This document shows, piece by piece, positions 19,193 to 28,799 of a DNA stretch of 64,000 bases. A model generated the notes under the pieces. That model did no database searches. It was not told where the DNA came from and saw only the letters and a program-made list of their open reading frames with translations. This stretch comes from an uncultured Candidatus Saccharibacteria bacterium (lineage in GTDB: Bacteria; Patescibacteriota; Dojkabacteria; SC72). The stretch lies in contig CAYZNW010000002.1 in NCBI GenBank assembly GCA_964480345.1, positions 524-64,523 on the forward strand, given 5' to 3'. Positions within the stretch are counted from its first letter, which is position 1. Each line of letters starts with the position of its first letter. The position numbers and the translations under genes are program-made.

Positions 19193-20044
19193 TTAGTTGA
19201 TTTGTATCTTTTCTCGGGGATCACCCTGACAACTAAAAATATCTTCCAGTTTAATACCGTTCTTCCAAAGAGCCATGTCTTCATTCCATGAAGATTCATC
19301 AAATACACCACTGTGTAATCCAACAACTAAGTAACAAGACGGATTGTTGTAGTAAAGAATATACCCTTCGTTATATGGTTCCGCTGGGAACGATTCGAAA
19401 ATCTTCTTTTCAGCATTTCCACATACCTGGGAGATTGGTTCATTACTAACAATATATCTTACTTGTTTCTCAGCAAGTCTTGGATCTTCATATTTACCCT
19501 CATTCCAGTCGTAATTTAGCTTGTCAGCTAAAGTCCATACATTAAAACCATTGATGTCTTCTCTTGCGAAAGGATTAATGATTTCATCATATGTGTAATC
19601 AGTTCCACAAGCACAATCTCGCGCTTGAATATATGGAATAGGTGTCACATACTCTGCTGGTCCCATATCAACTGGAGTAATTGGTATTATGTCGATAGGT
19701 GCGTCAGGATTGCGTACAACAGGACAATAGCAACGGATAGTACTATCTTTACCCTTTTCGCACTGTTGTGGCAATCCGTCATAACATAGCGGTAGCTTTG
19801 GATCAGGTTGTACAAATCCATACGTACACCTATAACCTAAATAGTTGGTTTCTAAATCTACTGCACAATTGATTGCATAAGATCCTGGTTGGGGTGTTTG
19901 ACAGCCCTCTGTTGCAATATCAACTTCATCTTTAGTACATGGTCTCGTTTCAGCAAAAGCTGAAGTCACTAAAAAAAGTGACAATACAAAAACGACAAGA
20001 ATTAACAAACGACCGGTTTTCATAATTCCTCCTAGGGGAAACAA
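19193..20044 (-). CDS. secreted Cys-containing hypothetical protein
   Basis: Signal peptide MKTGRLLILVVFVLSLFLVTSAFA and about 14 Cys. No recognisable domain. Confidence 0.55.
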   Translation of the reverse strand: MFPLGGIMKTGRLLILVVFVLSLFLVTSAFAETRPCTKDEVDIATEGCQTPQPGSYAINCAVDLETNYLGYRCTYGFVQPDPKLPLCYDGLPQQCEKGKDSTIRCYCPVVRNPDAPIDIIPITPVDMGPAEYVTPIPYIQARDCACGTDYTYDEIINPFAREDINGFNVWTLADKLNYDWNEGKYEDPRLAEKQVRYIVSNEPISQVCGNAEKKIFESFPAEPYNEGYILYYNNPSCYLVVGLHSGVFDESSWNEDMALWKNGIKLEDIFSCQGDPREKIQIN

Positions 20045-20230
20045 TTTCTTCCAAAATGGAAGTTTTTTAACTGTTAAAGATCAACTAACTTTTAACACAA
20101 CTACATTATATCAAAAATCTACCCCCTCTACAACTCTATAGGCTCAGCTATTGAAGTAGCATAGATATCAACAGAAACAGCAGTATGATATATTTAAACA
20201 AACAGAGAATAAATTTAAAAATAAGCCACG

Positions 20231-21493
20231 ATGAAAATCTTAAAACTTTATGCAGAAGAAATTCTTGATTCTAGAGGTAACCCTACCGTTAAATGCAATA
20301 TACAGTTAGAAAATGGAAATACAGTATCGGCATCAGTACCAAGTGGAGCCTCTACAGGTAAGTATGAAGCATTAGAACTACGGGATGAAGATCAAAGCAG
20401 ATATAACGGTAAGGGTGTATTAAAAGCAGTTCAAAATATTAATGAACGAATAGCCCCCCTATTTGAAAATAAAGAACTGATTTCAATAGAGCAGTGTGAT
20501 AAAGAAATGATTGACTTAGATGGTTCCGAAAACAAATCAAACTTAGGTGCAAATGCTATCCTTGCTGTGTCTATGGCATATATTAAAGCATTAGCTCTTT
20601 CAGAAAATCTTCCTCTATATAAATACATAGCAAAACTTTTTGGTAATGAAATAGGTCAATACAATATGCCAAAGCTGATGGTAAATGTTTTAAACGGTGG
20701 TAAACACGCTACGAATGCCTCAGATATCCAAGAGTACATGCTTGTTCCCATTGGAGCTTCCTCTGTGCAACAAGCTGTCCAGTGGGCTAGTGAGTGCTTC
20801 CATAGCTTAGCAAAAATACTTGCAGAGATGGGTCTTCCTACAACAGTTGGAGATGAGGGAGGATATGCTCCATCACTTCAAAGCAACGAAAAACCTTTAG
20901 AATTAATGATACAAGCAGTAGCAAATTCAAATCTTAAGCCTGGAGTTGATGTAGCTTTAGCAGTAGATTGTGCAGCAAGTAGTTTCTATGAGAATGGGAA
21001 ATATAACTTAGCTACAGAGAATAAGATATTAACTACAGAAGAGTTATGTGATATGTATGCTACTTGGATAGAGAAATATCCAATAATCTCTATAGAAGAT
21101 GGATTTGCAGAAGATGATTGGGATGGGTTCCAGCTATTTGAACAAAGATTCGGAGAAAAGATTATGAATATAGGGGATGATCTATATGTCACCAATGTCA
21201 TTAAATTGAAACAAGGAATTGAATTAAAAGCTACAAATAGTATTCTCATTAAACCAAATCAGATAGGAACAGTAACTGAAACAAAAAATGCTATTGATAT
21301 GGCAAATCAAGCAAATATGAAAAGTATTGTCTCTCATAGATCAGGAGAAACAGAAGACACATTCATAGCAGATCTAGTCGTAGGAGCTGGTACTGGTTAT
21401 ATCAAAACAGGCTCTATGAGTAGAGGAGAAAGGATAGCAAAATATAACAGATTGATGAGCATCGAGAGAGAGATAGAAAGTACAAATAATTAA
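20231..21493 (+). CDS. eno: enolase (phosphopyruvate hydratase)
   Basis: N-terminus ILDSRGNPTV. SHRSGETEDTFIADL active-site region. 420 aa. Confidence 0.95.
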   Translation: MKILKLYAEEILDSRGNPTVKCNIQLENGNTVSASVPSGASTGKYEALELRDEDQSRYNGKGVLKAVQNINERIAPLFENKELISIEQCDKEMIDLDGSENKSNLGANAILAVSMAYIKALALSENLPLYKYIAKLFGNEIGQYNMPKLMVNVLNGGKHATNASDIQEYMLVPIGASSVQQAVQWASECFHSLAKILAEMGLPTTVGDEGGYAPSLQSNEKPLELMIQAVANSNLKPGVDVALAVDCAASSFYENGKYNLATENKILTTEELCDMYATWIEKYPIISIEDGFAEDDWDGFQLFEQRFGEKIMNIGDDLYVTNVIKLKQGIELKATNSILIKPNQIGTVTETKNAIDMANQANMKSIVSHRSGETEDTFIADLVVGAGTGYIKTGSMSRGERIAKYNRLMSIEREIESTNN

Positions 21494-21512
21494 CTACACT
21501 GACTTAGCCAAT

Positions 21513-22679
21513 ATGGAGATAGAACTCTCTAAGAATCAAACATCTGTCCTAGATGACATAATATCTTGGTACAAAAAGCCAAAGTTACAGTATATTACTC
21601 TTGGTGGTTATGCTGGTACTGGAAAGACTACTCTCCTAGGACATCTAAATACTCTTTTGCATAAAGAGAATAATTCATTAAAAATAGCTTACTGTTCATA
21701 TACGGGAAAAGCTTCTGTAATTTTAAGAAGAAAGCTTTTAGAAACAAAGTCATTAAAACACTCTGATTATGTTGGTACTATACATAGACTAATATATAGA
21801 TCTGTACTTGATGATGAGGGCAATATCATAGCGTGGATTAAGATTCCTGAAGAAGATTTCCAGTACAATGTCATAGTAGTAGATGAAGCCTCTATGGTAC
21901 CTGAAGAGATATGGAATGACCTACTCTCTTTTGGTAAGCCAATAATTGCAGTAGGAGATCACGGACAGCTTCCACCTGTAGAGGGTCATTTTAATCTAAT
22001 GGAGCGACCTATGCTCAAATTAGAAGAGATATATAGGCAGGAGAAGGATAACCCCATTATCAAAGTATCTGAAATAGCAAGGAAGTACGGTAATATTCCA
22101 GCTATTGAGTTTAGTAGTACTGTTAAGAAATACAAAACAGATAATGAGGATTTACAAGAGTTTCTGACTGATTCTTTTTCTTCATTTGACAAATCATTAA
22201 TGGTTCTAGTTGGTTACAACAATACAAGAATTAAACTAAACAAATGGATTAGAGAGCTTTTAGAGTTTGATTCTCCGACTCCTCAAGCTGGAGATAGAAT
22301 CATATGTTTAAAAAACAATCACACAGAGGAGATATTTAATGGCATGACAGGTACAGTTCTCTCCATTTCAAAAGAAAAAAACAAAGATTTAGAGTACTAC
22401 GATACTGAGATAGAGTTTGATGATGAAGATAAAATATATTTTCTAAATATGAATATAAAGCAATTTAATAATCCCACCCCTATTATAAAAGCTGATGAAG
22501 GTGTAGATCTGTTTGATTTTGGATATGCTTTTACTGTTCATAAGGCACAGGGAAGCCAAAGTGAAAAAGTAATTCTTTTTGAAGAAAGATTTGCACAGAT
22601 GAGTGATGATACATGGCGTAGATGGTTGTATACAGGAGTAACAAGAGCAATGTCTGAGCTGTATATAATTGGTAAGTAA
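21513..22679 (+). CDS. RecD-like/AAA_30 ATP-dependent DNA helicase (short form)
   Basis: Walker A GGYAGTGKTTLL and Walker B VVDEASMV. C-terminal FTVHKAQGSQSEKVILF is typical of RecD/Pif1/Dda-type helicase C-termini. Confidence 0.55.
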   Translation: MEIELSKNQTSVLDDIISWYKKPKLQYITLGGYAGTGKTTLLGHLNTLLHKENNSLKIAYCSYTGKASVILRRKLLETKSLKHSDYVGTIHRLIYRSVLDDEGNIIAWIKIPEEDFQYNVIVVDEASMVPEEIWNDLLSFGKPIIAVGDHGQLPPVEGHFNLMERPMLKLEEIYRQEKDNPIIKVSEIARKYGNIPAIEFSSTVKKYKTDNEDLQEFLTDSFSSFDKSLMVLVGYNNTRIKLNKWIRELLEFDSPTPQAGDRIICLKNNHTEEIFNGMTGTVLSISKEKNKDLEYYDTEIEFDDEDKIYFLNMNIKQFNNPTPIIKADEGVDLFDFGYAFTVHKAQGSQSEKVILFEERFAQMSDDTWRRWLYTGVTRAMSELYIIGK

Positions 22680-22704
22680 CAGTACTTTTGGTATATAATT
22701 AGCT

Positions 22705-23469
22705 ATGATTGTTAAAAATGAAAATGAAGAGAAACTGTTGTTGGAAGCTGGTAAAATTTCTATGGAGATTCTGTATCAACTTGGACAGAGAGTAAAGGTA
22801 GGAAATACACCTATTGAGATAGATAACTTTGCGGGTGAGCTTTGTAAAGAATATAAGGTGCATCCTGCTTTTCAAAGAGTTGAGGGATATCACTTTAATA
22901 CATGTATTTCTGTTAATGATGTGCCTGTTCACGGTATTCCTACTGGTATACCATTTAAAGAGGGTGATCTTGTTTCAATAGATTTTGGAATTGTTTATAA
23001 GAAGCTGTATACAGATCACTGTTGGACATGGAGTGTTGGAAAGCCAAATGAGAAAAACAGTAAATTACTTACTGCTGGGAGAAATGCTGTAGAGAATGCT
23101 ATATCTAAAGCTATTGTAGGTAACAGAGTTGGTGATTTAGGGTATGAGATGCAGTTAGAGGCAGAGAGAAACGGATTTAATGTTTTAAGTATATTTGTTG
23201 GACACGGTATCGGTCATACTTTGCATGATGATCCAGAGATTCCTGCTTTTGGTAGAAAAGGTAAAGGTACACTTCTTGAAGATGGTATGGTTATTTGTAT
23301 TGAGTGTCAGGTAGTTGATGATGTGGATGATGTGGAGATAGATAAGGATGGTTGGACAGCGAGGACAGTTAATGGTGGAAATAGCGTTATGTTTGAATAT
23401 ATGGTTATTGTTAAAAAAGATGCTCCTCTTGTTCTTACAGACCAGTATAGTTGGTCTACGGTTGCTTAA
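22705..23469 (+). CDS. map: methionine aminopeptidase type I
   Basis: M24 metal-ligand pattern: DFG...D...HG(I)GHTLHDDP...CIEC. 254 aa. Confidence 0.9.
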   Translation: MIVKNENEEKLLLEAGKISMEILYQLGQRVKVGNTPIEIDNFAGELCKEYKVHPAFQRVEGYHFNTCISVNDVPVHGIPTGIPFKEGDLVSIDFGIVYKKLYTDHCWTWSVGKPNEKNSKLLTAGRNAVENAISKAIVGNRVGDLGYEMQLEAERNGFNVLSIFVGHGIGHTLHDDPEIPAFGRKGKGTLLEDGMVICIECQVVDDVDDVEIDKDGWTARTVNGGNSVMFEYMVIVKKDAPLVLTDQYSWSTVA

Positions 23470-23663
23470 GATATCCAAATCGTGGTGTAATACTATAGGT
23501 TGGTCTAATAACCTAAAATATTTCTATTCAATATAGAAATACTGCTCATTAAAAAGGATATCAGCTATATATCACTCCCTATATGTATTCAAATTTATTG
23601 AATGTTTCTAGGGCGTGATATACATATCACAAAACTACTAATCATAAAAAGAGAGAGGCAAAA

Positions 23664-23861
23664 ATGTTAGTAAGAAAAGTATTGAATGAAGTAGCTGTTA
23701 AAGATGGAGAACCCACTATTTGGTCTAGTCCAATAGGAGAACCGTTTGAATTCTCAGGAGAAATTCCTACTGAAATTCTCAGTGGATTTTTTACTATTGA
23801 GAAATCAGTCTTCTATTATTGTCAAGTACCTCCACTGTATCAAGTTTGTGATCCAGTATGA
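23664..23861 (+). CDS. small hypothetical protein (65 aa)
   Basis: ORF track. Followed by a strong hairpin plus T-tract. No motif recognised. Confidence 0.3.
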   Translation: MLVRKVLNEVAVKDGEPTIWSSPIGEPFEFSGEIPTEILSGFFTIEKSVFYYCQVPPLYQVCDPV

Positions 23862-23867
23862 TATCCA

Positions 23868-23950
23868 ACCCGAGTAAGAAGAGGCATACGCTTCGATATT
23901 CTACATTTCATATGTAAAATATCATCTTCTTGCTCGGGTCTTTTTCTTTT
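23868..23950 (+). terminator. rho-independent-like terminator with unusually long loop
   Basis: 15-bp stem (23868..23882 pairs with 23925..23939, one G.U) enclosing a 42-nt loop. Followed by c + TTTTTCTTTT (23941..23950). Confidence 0.5.
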
Positions 23951-24011
23951 AAATACCCTTCAATTTAACAGTATGTTACAATACACATACTAAAATATTT
24001 TCATTAAATAG

Positions 24012-24944
24012 ATGCCTGATAGAAAAATATATGATTTAGCAATAATAGGATCTGGACCTGCTGGATACAGTGCAGGAATATATGCAGGAAGATACAAGCT
24101 TAATAATATTATCATTGGAAAAATGGCAGGTGGTACTATGACAGAGGCTCATAAGATATCTAACTATCCAGGATATTCTGACATCTCAGGTATAGAGCTT
24201 TCTATGAAATTTCTACAGCAAGCAAAAGATATTGGTTCTGAGATATTAAATGAGAGTGTAATAGATGTTGTTAAAGAGGATGACATCTTTAAGATTAAAA
24301 CAAATTCTGAAACAGAGATATATGCACAAACTGTCCTAGTTGCTACAGGTACAGACAGAAATAAGTTGATGATTCCAAAGGAAGACGAATATTTAGGTAA
24401 AGGTCTCTCATACTGCGCTACATGTGATGGTATGTTTTACAAAGATAAGGTGGTTGCAGTTGTTGGAGGTAGTAATGCTGCTACTATGGCAGCTACTATG
24501 CTCTCTGATATCGCAAAGCAGGTATATATCATATATAGGGGTACAGAATTAAGAGGTGAGCCTGCTTGGGTAGATCAGGTTATGCAAAAAGGCAATGTAG
24601 AGATACTATTTACTACATTGGTAACATCATTGGAAGGTGATGGTAAGCTTGAGGAAATTAAACTTTCTAAGGAGTATAAAGGTTCAGAATATCTGAATGT
24701 AGACGGTCTTTTTGTAGAGATAGGCTCTGAGCCAAATAATTTAATGGCACAGAAATTAAATCTTGAAACTGATGAGAAGAGATATATTAAGGTAGATCAA
24801 ACACAGAAAACCAATATTGAGGGTGTATGGGCTGCTGGTGACTGTACTACAAATTCTAATTACTTTCATCAGGTAGTATGTGCTACTTCAGAGGGAGCTA
24901 TAGCAGCTAATTCTATATATACATATTTAAAAGAAAGGATATAA
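24012..24944 (+). CDS. trxB: thioredoxin-disulfide reductase
   Basis: FAD-binding IIGSGPAGYSAG. Redox-active CATCDG. NADPH-binding GGSNAA. 310 aa. Confidence 0.9.
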   Translation: MPDRKIYDLAIIGSGPAGYSAGIYAGRYKLNNIIIGKMAGGTMTEAHKISNYPGYSDISGIELSMKFLQQAKDIGSEILNESVIDVVKEDDIFKIKTNSETEIYAQTVLVATGTDRNKLMIPKEDEYLGKGLSYCATCDGMFYKDKVVAVVGGSNAATMAATMLSDIAKQVYIIYRGTELRGEPAWVDQVMQKGNVEILFTTLVTSLEGDGKLEEIKLSKEYKGSEYLNVDGLFVEIGSEPNNLMAQKLNLETDEKRYIKVDQTQKTNIEGVWAAGDCTTNSNYFHQVVCATSEGAIAANSIYTYLKERI

Positions 24945-24945
24945 C

Positions 24946-25431
24946 CTACTCTTTTGAATTACAGAAATTTACCCACTCTTCCAAATAGTTAGAGCTAGAC
25001 CATATTTTAGGATCTCCAACATTGTACTCCACTACACCTCCGTAGCTCTCTACAACTTCTGCTTCTGGTACTTTCTTTGCAGTATCTCTATCACCTCCTT
25101 TTGTAAATACATCTGGTCTAACAAGTTCTAGAGGCTGACATGAGTCGTATCTGCTTTCATGGTCATATACAACTACATAATCAACATCTTTCAAGTTATC
25201 AATTATATATGCTCTATCTTTTGCAGGAATAAAAGGCTTACCTTTTTTAGTAACACACTGTTGATCTCCATTTAAAATAACTACTAATACATCTCCAAAC
25301 TTTTTTGATTCTCTAATACAGGATATATGTCCTGGGTGAATAGGGTCAAAAAAACCAGATGAAGCAACAATCTTCTTATCTTTCAATTCAGATTCTCGTA
25401 TTTTGGAAAATTCCTCTGCTGAGACAATCAT
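24946..25431 (-). CDS. cytidylyltransferase-fold nucleotidyltransferase (RfaE domain II-like heptose-1-phosphate adenylyltransferase / TagD-like)
   Basis: HxGH motif in SSGFFDPIHPGHISCIRES. Also GDVLVVILNGD, VDYVVVYDH and KGGD patterns. Confidence 0.5.
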   Translation of the reverse strand: MIVSAEEFSKIRESELKDKKIVASSGFFDPIHPGHISCIRESKKFGDVLVVILNGDQQCVTKKGKPFIPAKDRAYIIDNLKDVDYVVVYDHESRYDSCQPLELVRPDVFTKGGDRDTAKKVPEAEVVESYGGVVEYNVGDPKIWSSSNYLEEWVNFCNSKE

Positions 25432-25500
25432 ACAGTTAAAGTAACAACTTAATTAGAGATGTTACACTGTTAAAACGGTCTTAGTCAAATAGGGATAATT

Positions 25501-25535
25501 CAGAGAGTAGAATTTGGAATAGATTCCACTCTCTG
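25501..25535 (-). terminator. hairpin (8-bp stem cagagagt/actctctg, about 19-nt loop) downstream of the 25569..25853 gene; possible terminator without a clear U-tract
   Basis: Inverted repeat seen directly in the sequence, 34 bp after the stop codon. Confidence 0.25.
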
Positions 25536-25568
25536 AGTGAATAAATAGGGAATATTGCTATTCCAGCG

Positions 25569-25853
25569 TTAGAAGAAAGATAACTGATCGAGCTCACCAG
25601 AAGGAAGTATTTTTGCATAATGCATAGGCCAAATAAAATCTTCTTTACATTTGCCATCAGGCATATGTATTACAATATCTTTGTTATACACAGTAAAGTT
25701 GTAAATTAATTCTCCTATATGTACATCTTCTGGACAGAGTGTAACCTCCTTGCCATTCTCATCTAGAAATCTGACTTCATTATACTTCCTAAACGATGTT
25801 CTACTAGGAAAAATCTTTAACAAAGCTGACAATATACCTCGAACAGTTCTCAC
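25569..25853 (-). CDS. hypothetical protein (94 aa)
   Basis: ORF track only. Confidence 0.3.
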   Translation of the reverse strand: MRTVRGILSALLKIFPSRTSFRKYNEVRFLDENGKEVTLCPEDVHIGELIYNFTVYNKDIVIHMPDGKCKEDFIWPMHYAKILPSGELDQLSFF

Positions 25854-26102
25854 TGTAGCCTCCTCTGCTTTAAAAGAACTATTTATTTATCACATATACA
25901 TTATACCATTATTATAGGTTCTAATACAAAATATTAGAATTGAGCAGATAGTGTAGATAGTATAACTTGTAGTAATTAATTATTTAATATCTTTTCTTTT
26001 TGTTACAAATATAACTAGATTCTAACTACACTATGAGATATTGACCAACACCACCTGTTGTTATAGCCTGAATCACTAAGTACAATATGTTGTGTTTTAA
26101 AT

Positions 26103-26552
26103 ATGAAATGTCCGTTTTGTGAGTGTGAAAATACAAAAGTAGTAGACAAAAGAGATAACCGAGATGATGGAACTACAAGAAGAAGGAGACAGTGTCTTAG
26201 ATGTAGTAAGAGATTTACAACATATGAACGAATAGAAAGTATAGATGTAAGTATTGTTAAAAAAGATGGCTCTTTAGAAAAATTTGATCCTATGAAGATA
26301 TCTAAAAGTATAAGGAAAGCTGCTAGTTTGGATAAGATAACTGATGGAGAGATAGAGGATTTCACAGAGGGTATAGAGAGATTAGTGTTAAATAGTGAAG
26401 ATACTATTACTTCGAATCAAATAGGATTGTTGATATTAGATTGGTTAAAAGAGAAAGATCCTTTGGCATATATTAGATTTGCCTCTGTATATAAGAAGTT
26501 TAAGGGTATAGAAGATATTAAAGAAGAGATTAAAAATTTAGAAAAAATATAA
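26103..26552 (+). CDS. nrdR: transcriptional repressor NrdR (zinc ribbon + ATP-cone)
   Basis: MKCPFCECENTKVVDKRD...RRRRQCLRCSKRFTTYE zinc ribbon, followed by an ATP cone. Directly upstream of nrdD. Confidence 0.95.
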   Translation: MKCPFCECENTKVVDKRDNRDDGTTRRRRQCLRCSKRFTTYERIESIDVSIVKKDGSLEKFDPMKISKSIRKAASLDKITDGEIEDFTEGIERLVLNSEDTITSNQIGLLILDWLKEKDPLAYIRFASVYKKFKGIEDIKEEIKNLEKI

Positions 26553-26570
26553 CTTATTACTGTTCACAAT

Positions 26571-28640
26571 ATGGCTGCCCAGAAGAAAAGTAAGACTTCT
26601 ATATTTAAGATACGAAAAAGAGATGGGAGGTTAGTTAGATTTGATAGAGAGAAGATAGAAGTAGGAATATTTAAGGCAGCAGAGGGTGTTGGTGGTAAGG
26701 AGAAAAAAAGAGCTAAAGAGGTTGCAGATGAAGTGATAAAGAGATTAAAGGATAAATACACAGGTAAAAAATATATCAAGACAGAGCAAGTAGCTGATGT
26801 AGTTAAACAAACCCTTCTTGATATGGGGCATACTAAGACCTCTATAGCATTTGGTTTGTTTGTTGATTTGAAGAATCAAGTTAGAAATATTAAGTCTTTG
26901 ATAGATGCAAATACTTTGGTAAAAGACTATATTGATAAGCTAGATTGGCAAATAAATGAGAACAGTAATATGGCTTACTCTTGGCAAGGATTAAATAACT
27001 ACATTTCATCTACTGTTCAATCTAACTATTGGTTACATAGCATATATCCAAAAGATATCTCCAATGGGAATATTAACAAAGATTACCATATTCATGATTT
27101 AGGTATGTTAGCAGCATACTGTTGTGGTTGGAGTTTAGAGGATTTACTACTAAAAGGATTCACTGGAGTTAAGGGTAAGGTGGCTTCTAAGCCTCCAAAG
27201 CATTTTGGAGCTGCACTGGGTCAGTGTGTTAACTTCTTCTATACATTGCAACATGAGGCTGCTGGAGCTCAGGCTTTTTCTAGCTTTGATACATATCTGG
27301 CTCCGTTCATTAGGTATGACAAACTGTCATACAAAGAGGTGAAGCAGAAGATGCAGGAGTTTCTCTTTAATATGAATGTGCCTACTCGTGTAGGATGTCA
27401 GAGTCCTTTTACAAATATTACGATGGATTTAATACCTTCAGGGCAGTTAGCTGATCAGGGAGTTATTATTGGAGGAGTAGTTCAGAAAGAGAAGTACAAA
27501 GAGTTTCAAAAAGAGATAGATATGTTAAATCGAGCTTTCTGTGAGGTTATGATGGAGGGTGATGCTAATGGAAGTCTCTTTTCATACCCTATTCCTACAT
27601 ACAATTTGACCAAAGATTTTGACTGGGACAAGAAAGAATATATCCCTATCTGGCAGATGACAGCAAAGTATGGAATACCGTACTTCTCCAACTTCATTAA
27701 TTCAGACATGAGTCCAGATGATGCAAGAAGTATGTGTTGTAGACTACGATTAGATAATAGAGAGTTAAGAAAGCGGGGTGGAGGTCTTTTTGGAGCAAAT
27801 CCTCTTACTGGGAGTATTGGAGTAGTAACGATAAATTTGCCTAGAATAGGTATAGAAGCAAAGAGTAAGAAAGAGTTCTTCAAGATATTGGATAGTAGGA
27901 TGGATCTAGCCAAAAAAAGTCTGATGATTAAAAGAAAGTTCATAGAGAAATATATGGATATTGGGCTATATCCTTACTCCAGATTCTATCTTGCTGATAT
28001 TAAGAAGAGGTTCGGAGAGTATTACAAGAATCACTTTAATACAATTGGGATATTAGGTATGAATGAGTGTTTAATGAATTTCTTCCATGACAAGAGTAAG
28101 GATATTACTTCAAAAGAGGGTAGAGAGTTTTCTTTGGAAATATTAGATCATATGCGAGATAGGTTGATTAAGTATCAAAATAAGACTAATCAGCTGTTTA
28201 ATTTAGAGGCTACACCAGGAGAGGGAGCTACATACAAATTTGCAAAAGCGGACAGGAAGAAATTTGGTAATCAGATTATCACAGCTTCAGATGTTGGTAA
28301 AACAATGACTGATGTCCCCTATTACACTAATAGTACACAGCTACCAGTAGGACTAACAGATGATATTTTTGAGACATTGGATTTGCAAGATGAGTTCCAA
28401 TGTAAATATACAGGTGGTACTGTCTTACATATTTATCTAGGAGAGAAGGTGTCATCTGCTGAAGCTACAAAGAATTTGGTTAGAAAGATAGCGACTAATT
28501 ACAAGCTTCCATATTTTTCAATTACTCCAACATTTAGTATATGTCCTAGGCATGGATATATATCTGGAGAACATAAGTATTGCCCTGTTTGTGATTCGGA
28601 GAGAGGCTACAAGGAAGGTATGCCTTTTGATGAAGAATAG
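26571..28640 (+). CDS. nrdD: anaerobic ribonucleoside-triphosphate reductase NrdD (class III), core lacking the canonical C-terminal glycyl-radical segment
   Basis: N-terminal ATP cone (IFKIRKRDGRLVRFDREKI). Zn-ribbon-like C-x2-H...CPVC near the C-terminus. The ORF ends ...CDSERGYKEGMPFDEE without the RVxGY...NxGKQ.E...RV motif. Confidence 0.85.
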   Translation: MAAQKKSKTSIFKIRKRDGRLVRFDREKIEVGIFKAAEGVGGKEKKRAKEVADEVIKRLKDKYTGKKYIKTEQVADVVKQTLLDMGHTKTSIAFGLFVDLKNQVRNIKSLIDANTLVKDYIDKLDWQINENSNMAYSWQGLNNYISSTVQSNYWLHSIYPKDISNGNINKDYHIHDLGMLAAYCCGWSLEDLLLKGFTGVKGKVASKPPKHFGAALGQCVNFFYTLQHEAAGAQAFSSFDTYLAPFIRYDKLSYKEVKQKMQEFLFNMNVPTRVGCQSPFTNITMDLIPSGQLADQGVIIGGVVQKEKYKEFQKEIDMLNRAFCEVMMEGDANGSLFSYPIPTYNLTKDFDWDKKEYIPIWQMTAKYGIPYFSNFINSDMSPDDARSMCCRLRLDNRELRKRGGGLFGANPLTGSIGVVTINLPRIGIEAKSKKEFFKILDSRMDLAKKSLMIKRKFIEKYMDIGLYPYSRFYLADIKKRFGEYYKNHFNTIGILGMNECLMNFFHDKSKDITSKEGREFSLEILDHMRDRLIKYQNKTNQLFNLEATPGEGATYKFAKADRKKFGNQIITASDVGKTMTDVPYYTNSTQLPVGLTDDIFETLDLQDEFQCKYTGGTVLHIYLGEKVSSAEATKNLVRKIATNYKLPYFSITPTFSICPRHGYISGEHKYCPVCDSERGYKEGMPFDEE

Positions 28641-28668
28641 ATATATTTAAATTATTTTAAATACTGTT

Positions 28669-28797
28669 ATGAAAAAAGTTACTAGACAAAGATGTGAGAT
28701 ATACTCTCGAGTTGTGGGATATATTAGACCTATATCTCAATGGAATGTAGGAAAACAGGCTGAGTGGTCTGATAGAGTGATGTATAAAATTAAATAG
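28669..28797 (+). CDS. stand-alone NrdD glycyl-radical domain mini-protein (42 aa)
   Basis: Translation MKKVTRQRCEIYSRVVGYIRPISQWNVGKQAEWSDRVMYKIK. It carries the class III RNR glycyl-radical signature RVxGY plus WNxGKQxE...RV. The stop at 28795-97 lies 2 bp before the nrdG ATG. Not in the supplied ORF track because it is too short. Confidence 0.7.
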   Translation: MKKVTRQRCEIYSRVVGYIRPISQWNVGKQAEWSDRVMYKIK

Positions 28798-28799
28798 GT

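Noticed and set aside
23494-23540. Weak AT-only hairpins after map (taggtt..aaccta; atttctat..atagaaat) as terminators
   Set aside because: Stems are short and AT-only, with no convincing U-tract. Indistinguishable from background palindromes in AT-rich DNA.
23615-23630. Perfect 7-2-7 palindrome GTGATAT-AC-ATATCAC upstream of the 65-aa ORF
   Set aside because: A single occurrence, composed of common AT-rich words. It could be an operator but has no second site or regulator to link it to. Noted only.
28638-28670. Possibility that the nrdD / glycyl-radical mini-ORF split is a simple frameshift or sequencing indel
   Set aside because: The 28-bp spacer contains stop codons in all three forward frames (28638-40, 28648-50, 28658-60), so no single indel restores a fused ORF. 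A larger deletion or assembly error cannot be excluded without reads.
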